64,000 nucleotides of DNA from positions 1,390 through 65,389 of the forward strand of contig JAFRNW010000004.1 in the NCBI GenBank assembly GCA_017429985.1, in the 5' to 3' direction. Under the pieces are notes generated by a model. The model had not been told where the DNA came from, did not search any database, and worked only from the letters and a program-made list of their open reading frames with translations. Positions 36,392-45,420 of this stretch are shown in pieces; within the stretch, counting starts at the first letter, position 1; every line of letters starts with the position of its first letter. The stretch comes from Clostridia bacterium (GTDB lineage Bacteria; Bacillota; Clostridia; Christensenellales; CAG-138). The translations under genes were made by a program, and so were the position numbers.

Positions 36392-37827
36392 TATCCGAGC
36401 CTCGCTTTCGTTTTCAGATAAGGGCCGCCGTCTGCGACCTTGACCCATTCCTTGTAGCCTTTTCCGCAGCCGCCGTTTCCCTCCACGACTCTGTCCGTGC
36501 TGGCCATCGTGATGTTTCCGAGCAGGTCCGGAACATATCCTGTCATGATGACGGGTGAGACGACTTTTCCCGTCAGCTTCCCGTCTTTGATTTCATAGCC
36601 GCGCGAGATAATGCACTGGATACCCCAATGCTTCGGATCCTCCATTCCGCTTTCCGTGCCAGAAAGCAGATAGCCGTGCTTTACGGAAGCAAGCATTTCC
36701 TGGAAGGAGGCCGTTCCGGAATCGAAGATCGTATTTGTCATTCTGGTATATGCTTTGTGCGCAAAGTTTTCACGCTTTCCGTTTCCTGTGGGCTGACTGC
36801 CGAGACGCAGAGCGGACAGGGCGTCGCAGATGCCTGTTCTGAGGATGCCGCAATCGATTTCCGTCACGTCGCCGGCGAGGGTCCCCTCGTCATCGAAGGC
36901 GTACGCCGTAACGCTTTCTTCGCAGCGGGCGCCCTCATGCATGGTGACCAGATCGCTTCCGACGCGCTGGCCGATATACTGCGCGCCAAGCGCGCGTTCC
37001 TTGACGAACATATCCATCTCAACGCCGTGCCCGAACGCTTCATGCGCGATCAGACCGGTAATGCCCGGGTCTGTAATGATCTCATATTCACCCGGAACGA
37101 TTTTTTCGGATCCGAGAAGTTCTTCCATGAGCTTGGGCATTTGTGCCAGAACATCTTCCAGCCTGTCCAGTATTTCGGGACCGCCCAGACCGGAGACGCC
37201 TTTATACGCGGTTTTCATTTCCCCGGCTTCATTGGGAGCAAACGCAGCAAGGGTTCCTTCCGTGTAAACGTAGCTCTGCCGGAGGAAGCGGTTTTTTGAA
37301 ATAAACATCTTTGAGATATGCGTGGACATCCCTCTCGCGTTGCAGTCCAGTGCATGGGGGATGGTCTCCATTCCTCTGTCGGACAATGACTGCAGAAATG
37401 CCACGAGCTGCTCAAGCTTATCCGTCTCAGGCAGACGTTCCGTCTCCTTTTCGACAAAGAGCTCGAGAGGTTCATCCGGCAGGATCCCGGTCAGATACAC
37501 GGGCGAGGATGTTTTCCGAAGGATGTCCATCTGCCGGCCGAGCGTTCGGCGGATCTCCTGAATCGTTGTTTCGGGATGGTCCGGATCGATCTCGTTGAAT
37601 GCGTATTCGCTGTACAGACCGTCCCTGCAGACACGGACTACATTTCCGCGTTCCGTTGTCATAGTGGAATTGGTAACGGATTTGCTGCGCTGGGACATCT
37701 GCACTGTAAAGCCCACCGAGTCGGTCGAAAGAATGCTGACATAGTCATACTCTTCACTCAGCGAGGCTACAAGCTGTTTGATGCATGGCGCTATCCTGTT
37801 CAGATACGGGGAAAACGGTGCTTTCAT
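36391..37827 (-). CDS. tldD: TldD-family metallopeptidase
   Basis: 478 aa from ATG 37827 (AGGAGG RBS). Contains HEAFGH with a downstream Glu. The track extension to 38202 was rejected. Confidence 0.85.
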   Translation of the reverse strand: MKAPFSPYLNRIAPCIKQLVASLSEEYDYVSILSTDSVGFTVQMSQRSKSVTNSTMTTERGNVVRVCRDGLYSEYAFNEIDPDHPETTIQEIRRTLGRQMDILRKTSSPVYLTGILPDEPLELFVEKETERLPETDKLEQLVAFLQSLSDRGMETIPHALDCNARGMSTHISKMFISKNRFLRQSYVYTEGTLAAFAPNEAGEMKTAYKGVSGLGGPEILDRLEDVLAQMPKLMEELLGSEKIVPGEYEIITDPGITGLIAHEAFGHGVEMDMFVKERALGAQYIGQRVGSDLVTMHEGARCEESVTAYAFDDEGTLAGDVTEIDCGILRTGICDALSALRLGSQPTGNGKRENFAHKAYTRMTNTIFDSGTASFQEMLASVKHGYLLSGTESGMEDPKHWGIQCIISRGYEIKDGKLTGKVVSPVIMTGYVPDLLGNITMASTDRVVEGNGGCGKGYKEWVKVADGGPYLKTKARLG

Positions 37828-38144
37828 AATGGCCTCCTTCGTTTCAGCTGCAAGGAGAACTATATCATATTTCCGGATAAAATGGAAAGCAGTGACGGCC
37901 TGGAAGCAGGTGTTTCGCAGGAAGCGGTGCGTGCTGGGCTCGAATATGCCCGGGGAATCACGGGAACGGCCATTAAGCCCGTTTATATAACCGGCGATGT
38001 ATGGGCCGGAGCTTAACGGTCCGGAAGGATGACCGACGTCTCGGCGACGACTGAGAAGCCCGTTTCCAAACGTATTCTTTTTGCTGAATGTGTGCCGCAT
38101 GGGGTTGGCAGCCTTCGCGGCGTAACGGCTGTCATCTTCACTAC

Positions 38145-38179
38145 AAAGATCTGTTCCGTCAATTACGAAACAGATCTTT
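38145..38179. repeat. 11-bp perfect inverted repeat (hairpin) in the AKR-tldD spacer
   Basis: AAAGATCTGTT-13 nt-AACAGATCTTT. Each arm contains the palindrome AGATCT. Confidence 0.6.
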
Positions 38180-38241
38180 TGTTCACCGTGTTGTATCGGC
38201 AAATCTGCCCCGAAAGGCTGCCGAATACGGCCGGATATCTG

Positions 38242-39363
38242 TTATGCGTCCAGGATGCGGGAGCCGTCTGCCAAAAGACTGACGATTTCGAGGTGCTGGG
38301 GGCAGACGCTTTCACACTGCCCGCATGCGATGCAGTCCTTCGCTCTTCCGGAGTTCCTTGTCTGATACCTGTAGTGGGCGATTTCCTGGGGCGCATCGTT
38401 ATACTGCCGGATGGAATTCATAATGCGGAAAATGTCCGGGATCGGGATCTGCTGCGGACAGCCGTCGCAGCAGTACCGGCAGGAAGTGCATCCGATCAGC
38501 GGCGTACTGCGGATGATCTCGACCGCTTTCCGGATCGCGCTTCCTTCTTCGGGGGTCAGCCTGCTGAGAGGGGAAAACGTCCGGATGTTTTCGAGCATCT
38601 GTTCTTCTGTGGACATGCCGCTGAGGATCGTGGCGACTCCATCGAGAGAACCCGCGAAACGCAGAGCCAGCGACGCCGGCGTCGGTGCGGAGGGGAGTTC
38701 GGAAAAGATCTGTTTGACGGCAGGGATCGGGTTCGCAAGCGAACCGCCTTTTACGGGCTCCATTACGATAATGGGAATGTCATGTTCGCGGAGGATCTTG
38801 TAAAGCGCGCCGCTCTGGACGTCAGGATTATCCCAGTCCGCGTAATTCAGCTGGATCTGAACAAATTCAACTTCCGGGTGTTCAGAAACGATCTTCCTAA
38901 GCAGTTCCGGGGTGCCGTGGAAGGAAAATCCGAGATGACGGATCAGGCCCTCTTCCCGTTTCCGGGCGGTCCACTCGAAGGAACGCAGGGCGGTGTGCTT
39001 TTCATAGCCTTTCTCATCCTCGATGCTATGGATCAAATAGTAATCAAAGAATCCGGTTCCGGTACGCACAAGCTGCTCCAGAAAGATCCGTTCCATATCT
39101 TCCGGTTTTTCCAGACACCAGCCCGGAAGTTTTGTGGCGACGGTAAAACTGTTCCGAGGATGACGTTCGACCAGCGCCGTCTTCACGATTTTTTCCGAAT
39201 TGCCGCCATGATAAATATAGGCAGTGTCAAAATAATTGAACCCGTGTTCCATGTAGAGATCCGCCATACGGCAGACCTGCTCAAAGTCAATGACACGGTC
39301 TTTTTCCGGAAGACGCATCAGACCGAATCCGAGTTTGGGCATTTTCCGAGGATCAATGGACAT
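38242..39363 (-). CDS. aldo/keto reductase fused to a C-terminal 4Fe-4S ferredoxin-type domain
   Basis: AKR N-terminal barrel (LGFGLMRLP...) and C-terminal Cys clusters CTSCRYCCDGCP and CIACGQCESVCP. Confidence 0.85.
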   Translation of the reverse strand: MSIDPRKMPKLGFGLMRLPEKDRVIDFEQVCRMADLYMEHGFNYFDTAYIYHGGNSEKIVKTALVERHPRNSFTVATKLPGWCLEKPEDMERIFLEQLVRTGTGFFDYYLIHSIEDEKGYEKHTALRSFEWTARKREEGLIRHLGFSFHGTPELLRKIVSEHPEVEFVQIQLNYADWDNPDVQSGALYKILREHDIPIIVMEPVKGGSLANPIPAVKQIFSELPSAPTPASLALRFAGSLDGVATILSGMSTEEQMLENIRTFSPLSRLTPEEGSAIRKAVEIIRSTPLIGCTSCRYCCDGCPQQIPIPDIFRIMNSIRQYNDAPQEIAHYRYQTRNSGRAKDCIACGQCESVCPQHLEIVSLLADGSRILDA

Positions 39364-39448
39364 AACAACCTCCTGAAAGAGAATGATTAGCCTGAAAGGC
39401 TGCGTGAGAGTTTACGGAATAAACATTCGCGGAATATGGCTTGCAGGG

Positions 39449-39462
39449 AATCATATATGATT
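39449..39462. promoter_or_regulatory. 14-bp perfect palindrome, candidate operator upstream of the AKR gene
   Basis: AATCATATATGATT lies in the 135-nt MATE-AKR spacer, about 86 nt upstream of the AKR start. Confidence 0.4.
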
Positions 39463-39498
39463 GATAGCACCATGTCCGCCGGAGACATCATTCCGCCA

Positions 39499-40872
39499 TC
39501 ATACGGGTGAAATGGAACGGAGTCTTTTTCTGACAACATACCTGCTGTACAGAACGGTGATCAGGCACGCGGCCGTCTCCGAAAGCCAGAAAGCGTACCA
39601 GACAGAGGAAAGGCCACGGAAGCGGATCAGTACCCATGCCGCGGGGAGCAGCAGAATCACCTGCCTCAGGCTTGTTCCCACCATATTCACGACACCGTTC
39701 CCCAGACCGGATACCGAAAAACCGAGAATCGTCGTTACAGCGGAAAACAGGTAGGTAGCCGAAATGATCCGGATTGCGGGAACGCCGATGGACAGCATTT
39801 CCGGTCCGGCATTGAACAGGGAAAGCAGCTGCGCGGGAAACGATTGAAACAGCAGCGTGGATACGGCTGCGACCGCAACGGAAAAGAGCACGCCGTTTTT
39901 AATAGCCTGCCGGATTCTGCCCGTGTTCCTGGCGTCAAAGTTATAACCGATAATCGGAATAACAGCCTGGCCGAGTCCGCTCAGGGGCATTGTCAGGAAA
40001 TTCTGCAGTTTGTAATAGACTCCGTAAAACGCCACGGCGGAGGAAGAAAACGGGAGCAGAAGGCGGTTGACGCCGAAATTCATGACGCTGTTCATGCCGT
40101 GCATGATCATGGTCGGGATGCCGATCCGAAGGATCTCGCGGGCGGACGACGGACTCCAGCGGAACGGACGCAAAGCAGGCCGGACTTCCGGATTGAACCG
40201 GTGATTGATCAGAAGCGCTGCCACCGCGCCGCACCACTGCCCGATGACAGTCGCGGTTGCGGCTCCCCGTACCCCCATCGCCGGCAAGGAAAACATACCG
40301 AAGATCAGAATAGGATCGAGAATGAGGTTGACAGCGGCCCCGATCATCATGGAAAACATGCTCAGTATCATTTTTCCGGACGCCTGCATAAAGCGGAGCG
40401 ATACGATCTCGATAAACTGGCCGAAACAGAAAAGCATGCAGACCGACAGATATTCCCTGCACATCGGAACGGTAGCGGGGTCTTTTGTCAGTACGGAGAC
40501 AAGGGGATCGATGAAGAACAGAGCTGTCAGCGTAAACAGCAGAGAAAAACCGCCGGCAAGCAAAAGAGCGGTCGTTGCGGCGGCACGGACGTCGTCGGAC
40601 CGGTGTTCCCCGAGCAGTCTGGAGATCAGCGCGTTCGCGCCGACACCGAGGCCGACGCAGATGGCGATTGCCAGGACCTGTACAGGATATGCGAGCGACG
40701 TCGCGGTCAGCGCCGTCTCGCTGATCCTGGAGACGAAGATGCTGTCGACAACGTTATACAGGTTCTGTATCAGGAGAGAAAGCATGAACGGAACCGCCAT
40801 GGAAATGACAAGTTTTGGGACAGCTTCCGTCTCCATCTTGTTTGGATTGCTGCTCTGAGATGCCGGATGCAT
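39499..40872 (-). CDS. MATE family efflux transporter
   Basis: 457 aa, 12 TM, with a typical MATE N-terminus (KLVISMAVPFMLSLLIQNLYNVVDSIFVS). Confidence 0.9.
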   Translation of the reverse strand: MHPASQSSNPNKMETEAVPKLVISMAVPFMLSLLIQNLYNVVDSIFVSRISETALTATSLAYPVQVLAIAICVGLGVGANALISRLLGEHRSDDVRAAATTALLLAGGFSLLFTLTALFFIDPLVSVLTKDPATVPMCREYLSVCMLFCFGQFIEIVSLRFMQASGKMILSMFSMMIGAAVNLILDPILIFGMFSLPAMGVRGAATATVIGQWCGAVAALLINHRFNPEVRPALRPFRWSPSSAREILRIGIPTMIMHGMNSVMNFGVNRLLLPFSSSAVAFYGVYYKLQNFLTMPLSGLGQAVIPIIGYNFDARNTGRIRQAIKNGVLFSVAVAAVSTLLFQSFPAQLLSLFNAGPEMLSIGVPAIRIISATYLFSAVTTILGFSVSGLGNGVVNMVGTSLRQVILLLPAAWVLIRFRGLSSVWYAFWLSETAACLITVLYSRYVVRKRLRSISPV

Positions 40873-41147
40873 GAAATATCGTTCGTTTCCTTTTCAAGAA
40901 TGACCTTGTGCTAATTATTGTATATGATTTTGAAGCTTTTTCAATTCCTGTATTGTCTGAAGATGAAGCGAGCTTGGCCACAGAGGAAGTTTTGAGCCGG
41001 ATTGTTCCATTTTTAACATGACGATGATACAATCGTTTCGAATGTCTGTCCGGGATGCCTGCAGAAACGGCAATGCACAGGGCATAAGAAGGATGAACGG
41101 AAGCAGCAGGCGGGACGGACATATGTAATTGGGAAAGGAATCGAACC

Positions 41148-41651
41148 ATGGGAAAAGAAACCGCTGACCCGAACAGAAGCGAAGAACTCTGGCGCACTGT
41201 GAAGTTTACGCTGTTTTCCATTTCAGCCGGCGCCATCCAGCTGATCGTTTCAGGTCTGCTGACGCATTTTACGAGGCTCGGGGTGGCAACCTGCTATTTT
41301 ATTGCGCTGGTCTGTTCGGTTATCTGGAATTTTACCTTCAACAGGAAATATACCTTTCAATCCGCGAACAACGTTCCGGTCGCGATGCTGAAAGTCCTGG
41401 GATATTATGCGGTATTTACCCCGCTGTCCCTTCTGCTGGTTGCGTATCTGTCTGACGGAACGATATTTGAAAAAATGGTAATCGCGGGCCATCGGAACTG
41501 GAACGGGATGCTGGTCATCATCATCAACATGCTGATCAACTTTGTGACGGAGTACCTGTTCGACCGGCTTGTTGTTTTCCGTGATTCCATCGATACGAAT
41601 GACGTGGCGGAAAGAAAGAAGAGAAAGAAAGACGCGCTGGAATCGAAATGA
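41148..41651 (+). CDS. GtrA family membrane protein
   Basis: 167 aa, 4 TM, with FTLFSISAGAIQ...FTFNRKYTF motifs typical of GtrA-like proteins. Confidence 0.8.
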   Translation: MGKETADPNRSEELWRTVKFTLFSISAGAIQLIVSGLLTHFTRLGVATCYFIALVCSVIWNFTFNRKYTFQSANNVPVAMLKVLGYYAVFTPLSLLLVAYLSDGTIFEKMVIAGHRNWNGMLVIIINMLINFVTEYLFDRLVVFRDSIDTNDVAERKKRKKDALESK

Positions 41652-41657
41652 TCTCTG

Positions 41658-41677
41658 CATGTTCCTGAATGAACATG
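41658..41677. terminator. hairpin in the 29-nt gap between convergent gtrA-like and U32 genes
   Basis: CATGTTC-CTGAAT-GAACATG. Confidence 0.4.
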
Positions 41678-41680
41678 AAC

Positions 41681-42931
41681 TCAGACGCTGCGCCCGGCCT
41701 TTCTGCCGGGCGTGTTTTCGGTCCGCAGCTTCCTCAGGAAGCTGTATTTCGGGGCAGGCACGGGAAGCTTCATAAAGAGGTCCATTTTCGGATGTCTTGT
41801 GATTTCGACAGGAAATCCGGAAGCGTCCAGTATCCTTCCCGCCGTGAAGAGGACGGGATCTCCGTCCGGACGGAGCAGCTCCAGCGCATCGCCGGGCCGG
41901 AATCCGTTGCGCTGCGTCAGGTAGGCGTTTCCGAACGAATCGCAGGATTCCACCATGGCGACCACATCATAAAGGGAAAGGTAACTGCTGTCCCCGGCGG
42001 ACTGACCGGGCTGACCGTAGTAGAACCCGGTGGAATAGGGCCGGTGGCTCAGCTTGTTGACTTCATCCCGCCAGATTTCTGGCAGCGGGATTCCGGCGAC
42101 GGCACAGTCCAGGGCATGGCGGTACGCTGCGGTCGATGAGGCAACATAATAGGCGGATTTTGTTCTTCCTTCAATTTTCAGACTGGATACGCCTGCGCTG
42201 ATCATATCCCCCACATGATCGATCATGCACATGTCTTTTGAGTTGAGAATGAAGGTGCCGTTCTCTTCGGATATTTCAAAGAATTCACCCGGATTCTGTT
42301 CCGCCATCAGGTGATATTTCCACCTGCAGGGCTGTGCGCACATCCCGCGGTTCGGATCCCTTCCTGTGAGGTAATCCGACAGCGTGCATCTGCCAGAGAA
42401 GGAAACGCACATGGCGCCGTGGCAGAACGCTTCGATTTCAAGATCGTCAGGGACCCGGGAACGGAGTTCCGCAATGGCCCGAATGGTCATTTCCCGGGCA
42501 AGGACGACCCGTTTTGCTCCAAGATCATAAAACGCGTTCGCGGCCGCGCTGTTCATCACGCCGGCCTGCGTGCTGATGTGGATTTCCGTATGCGGCGCGT
42601 ATTTTCTGCACAGATTGAAAACGCCCAGATCCGTCACGATCAGGCCGTCCGCGCCGAATGAATCGATTTGTTCGAGAAAGGCGGGCAGGGTCACAAGATC
42701 CGTATCTGTCGGAACGGTATTGCAGGTGACATAGACACGGACATTCCGGCTATGCGCGTAGCGGATTGCCGCTTCCAGTTCCGGGCAGGTGAAATTTCCC
42801 GTTCCCGCGCGCATGCCGAAAGCAGTCCCGGCGAGATAGACTGCGTCGGCGCCGTAGACGACGGCTGCTGTCAGTTTTTCCGGATCGCCGGCGGGGCTGA
42901 GCAATTCGGGCTTACGGAACGGTGTGCTCAT
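41681..42931 (-). CDS. U32 family peptidase-like protein
   Basis: 416 aa with a U32 N-terminal TIM-like domain (ELLSPAGD...DAVYL...) and conserved Cys residues (FCHGAMCVSFSGRC). Confidence 0.85.
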   Translation of the reverse strand: MSTPFRKPELLSPAGDPEKLTAAVVYGADAVYLAGTAFGMRAGTGNFTCPELEAAIRYAHSRNVRVYVTCNTVPTDTDLVTLPAFLEQIDSFGADGLIVTDLGVFNLCRKYAPHTEIHISTQAGVMNSAAANAFYDLGAKRVVLAREMTIRAIAELRSRVPDDLEIEAFCHGAMCVSFSGRCTLSDYLTGRDPNRGMCAQPCRWKYHLMAEQNPGEFFEISEENGTFILNSKDMCMIDHVGDMISAGVSSLKIEGRTKSAYYVASSTAAYRHALDCAVAGIPLPEIWRDEVNKLSHRPYSTGFYYGQPGQSAGDSSYLSLYDVVAMVESCDSFGNAYLTQRNGFRPGDALELLRPDGDPVLFTAGRILDASGFPVEITRHPKMDLFMKLPVPAPKYSFLRKLRTENTPGRKAGRSV

Positions 42932-43036
42932 AAATGAAGATCCTTTTTATCGATGGTACGGGGAAGGGACGCCGTTTCGGGAGTGAGCGGAGAAAAGGAA
43001 GCTCCAGTCCCTGCAACGTTGCGCCGGATTCCGGGT

Positions 43037-43840
43037 TCAGTCTTTTACGAAGTAATGTCTCGCGACCCAGGTTGAGATGCCGTCCAGACCGGGATAGATG
43101 ATCCGCTCATTGATGTTCAGCTGATCCAGCAGATCCCGGATGACCCACCGGACCTCCTTGCTGATGATGTATTTGACCGTCTGTTCGGTCTTATCGTCCA
43201 GAAACTGTTCAATATCCTGCATGCCGCTTGGGATAATGGAGAAAAAGGCGTACTGGTTCATGATGCGCGGGTCAAAAGACGGCGGCTCGATCAAAGCGAA
43301 AGCGGAATCCTGCATATCCGAATCGTATTGCTCCAGCGTCGGAGCACAGCCCTGCATGGTGTTCAGGGAGAAGATGGTCTCTTTTTCACGGGCAAGCGCC
43401 TGCCTGTATTTCTCCGGCAGGATCGAATGGATCTCCGCTGCGCTGATCCGCCATACCGCGCCGTCGCGGGTATTCATTTTCTGGAGATTGTTTTCGGTGG
43501 TTGCAAAATGCAGCGCGACCAGCGGGGAAAGCGTCCAGTCCAGAAGGCGCGTGGGCAGACCGTGATGCTGTCCTACGATCATTTGCTTCCAGACCGACGC
43601 GCTGAGCGACGGATCGTCAATGACGGCATACTTGGTGAAACTTTTCAGAATGGAGGGCTCAAGCTCCTGCTGCTTCTGCTTGCAGTTGCGGGCGAGGCTG
43701 GTAACGAGGTGATACCTGCTGTCGGGTGATCCGTGAAAATAATACTGACTGCGCAGACGGTCGATTTCCGGGTTGTAGTCCAGTATTTCCAGCAGCTGCA
43801 TCGCTTTTTCGAGCGTGTCGATCGTAATCGTCTGAATCAT
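43037..43840 (-). CDS. FRG domain-containing protein
   Basis: 267 aa with YFHGSPDSRYHLVTSLAR, QHHGLPTRLLDWT and ALHFA blocks typical of the FRG domain. Confidence 0.7.
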   Translation of the reverse strand: MIQTITIDTLEKAMQLLEILDYNPEIDRLRSQYYFHGSPDSRYHLVTSLARNCKQKQQELEPSILKSFTKYAVIDDPSLSASVWKQMIVGQHHGLPTRLLDWTLSPLVALHFATTENNLQKMNTRDGAVWRISAAEIHSILPEKYRQALAREKETIFSLNTMQGCAPTLEQYDSDMQDSAFALIEPPSFDPRIMNQYAFFSIIPSGMQDIEQFLDDKTEQTVKYIISKEVRWVIRDLLDQLNINERIIYPGLDGISTWVARHYFVKD

Positions 43841-44016
43841 GCGGCCGGTCCGCTTCCGAAAAAAGAAACGGCATCTCCTTTTATCAGTTTATAATTTAGA
43901 ATATCCCGATTCTCATAAAAAAACAACGCGGCACCGGATGAAAATCCGACATTGCGAATCAAACACGCAGAAGATACAATAGAATTGATCAAGACGGAAG
44001 GGACGGCACTGCGAAG

Positions 44017-44418
44017 ATGAAAGAGCAGGTATTTTCTGCTTCGATAGACTGTCTGCAGGATGTCTTGTCTCTGATTGAGCAGGAGCTTGAAGCGGTGGAT
44101 TGTCCGATGCGCACCACAATACAGATTTCGGTGGCGGCGGAGGAGATTTTTGCAAATATCGCAAGATATGCCTATCCGGAAAGCGGAGGAACCGCCGTGA
44201 TCCGTATAGAGGCGGACGAACACGAGACTGTCATCCGGTTTACGGATGCAGGAATTCCTTTCAATCCGCTGGAAAAGCCGGATCCGGACATTTCACTTCC
44301 TGTAGAACAGAGGGAAGCCGGCGGGCTTGGTATTTATATGGTCAAAAAAACCATGGATGAGGTTACATATCAACGGGACGGACTTAATAATATTCTTACT
44401 ATTGTGAAAAGATATTGA
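44017..44418 (+). CDS. RsbW/SpoIIAB-like anti-sigma-type serine kinase (minimal, 133 aa)
   Basis: EIFANIARYAY, TDAGIPFNP and GGLGIYMVKKTMD. Roughly half of aligned residues are identical by eye to the core of 21143-21859. Confidence 0.8.
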   Translation: MKEQVFSASIDCLQDVLSLIEQELEAVDCPMRTTIQISVAAEEIFANIARYAYPESGGTAVIRIEADEHETVIRFTDAGIPFNPLEKPDPDISLPVEQREAGGLGIYMVKKTMDEVTYQRDGLNNILTIVKRY

Positions 44419-44434
44419 CCAGGAGGAGATTGGC

Positions 44435-44731
44435 ATGGAAATCACGAAAAAAAAAGACGGCGGCGCATTGAAAATTGCTCTTGAGGGTCGGTTGGACACC
44501 TCCACTGCACCGAGTCTTGAAGAGACCCTCAGCAAAGAGCTTTCCGGAGTAACGGATCTCGAATTTGATTTTGCAAAGCTGGAATATATCTCGTCCGCAG
44601 GACTCAGAGTGCTTCTTTCCACGCAGAAAATCATGAAAAATCAGGGGACGATGAAAGTAAAGAACGTATGCCCTGAGATCATGGAAGTATTTGATATTAC
44701 CGGATTTTCGGAAATCCTGACGATCGAATAA
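44435..44731 (+). CDS. STAS domain anti-sigma-factor antagonist (98 aa)
   Basis: LEYISSAGLRVLL motif. Clear paralog of the STAS part of 21911-23095. Lies 16 nt after the kinase gene. Confidence 0.85.
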   Translation: MEITKKKDGGALKIALEGRLDTSTAPSLEETLSKELSGVTDLEFDFAKLEYISSAGLRVLLSTQKIMKNQGTMKVKNVCPEIMEVFDITGFSEILTIE

Positions 44732-44824
44732 ACCGAAACAGACAGTTTGGTTTGCAAAAGGGAACAAAGGTTTCATGCTCGGATCTCACCCGAGTATGCA
44801 GCCTTTTTTCAAAATACGGGACGA

Positions 44825-45301
44825 TCAGCCGCCGGACCAGTCCCTGCAGACGTCGATCCATCCGGAAAACCTGGAATACCGTTCCAGTTCATCAATACTG
44901 AGCTCAATAGCGCTGTTGGGGCTTCCGCACGCGGGAAAGACGGTCCGGAAACGTTTCAGGGAAACATCCAGATATACGGGGACTCCCGGATTGACGGCAA
45001 AAGGACACACGCCTCCGACGGCATGCCCGATCAGCGGCTCGACTTCTTCCTGCTGAAGCATTTTTGCCTTGACGTGAAAGACGGATTTGTACTTAGCGTT
45101 ATCGATCCTTGCGTCCCCCGCAGCAACGATCAGAACGGGGGAGGAAGACTGCATCAGCGAAAGGGTTTTGGCGATCCGTGCCGGCTCGCAATGCAGCGCC
45201 TCGGCCGCAAGCTGCACCGTAGCGCTTGACACGGGGAATTCCAGAATTCGGTTTTCCATCTGAAACGGACGGAAGTATTCGCGAACCTTTACGATAGACA
45301 T
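44825..45301 (-). CDS. YbaK/EbsC-family aminoacyl-tRNA editing domain protein
   Basis: 158 aa with GHAVGGVCPF and the family-typical layout. Confidence 0.8.
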   Translation of the reverse strand: MSIVKVREYFRPFQMENRILEFPVSSATVQLAAEALHCEPARIAKTLSLMQSSSPVLIVAAGDARIDNAKYKSVFHVKAKMLQQEEVEPLIGHAVGGVCPFAVNPGVPVYLDVSLKRFRTVFPACGSPNSAIELSIDELERYSRFSGWIDVCRDWSGG

Positions 45302-45420
45302 TTCTGATCCACTCCATGAAAGACAGCCATTTTGCTCAGAATGCTGTTTTTAATGTATTATAGGCGATATAATACATCTTGTGAATATACGGTCTGCGGA
45401 CCCGGCCGAGGAGGAACTGC

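Noticed and set aside
27880-37827. Graspetide/RiPP cluster hypothesis (ATP-grasp + ABC exporters + TldD/E)
   Set aside because: No precursor-like small ORF with an RBS was found. The components sit in at least three transcription units separated by terminators and an opposite-strand gene. The ATP-grasp is co-operonic with esterases instead.
37828-38202. Long TldD isoform starting at TTG 38202
   Set aside because: There is no RBS, codon bias is weak, and the extra 125 aa match nothing. ATG 37827 has AGGAGG and gives a normal TldD length. It is kept as a non-coding spacer finding instead.
40873-41147. Riboswitch or sRNA in the 275-nt MATE/GtrA divergent spacer
   Set aside because: I saw only AT-rich promoter-like sequence (a TACAAT -10 candidate) and weak short hairpins, with no recognisable conserved motif.
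45302-45420. ZTP (pfl) or THF riboswitch upstream of fhs or folT
   Set aside because: Only about 50 nt lie between the likely -10 box and the fhs start. folT has only a 6-nt gap after folD. The conserved ZTP and THF motifs were not seen.
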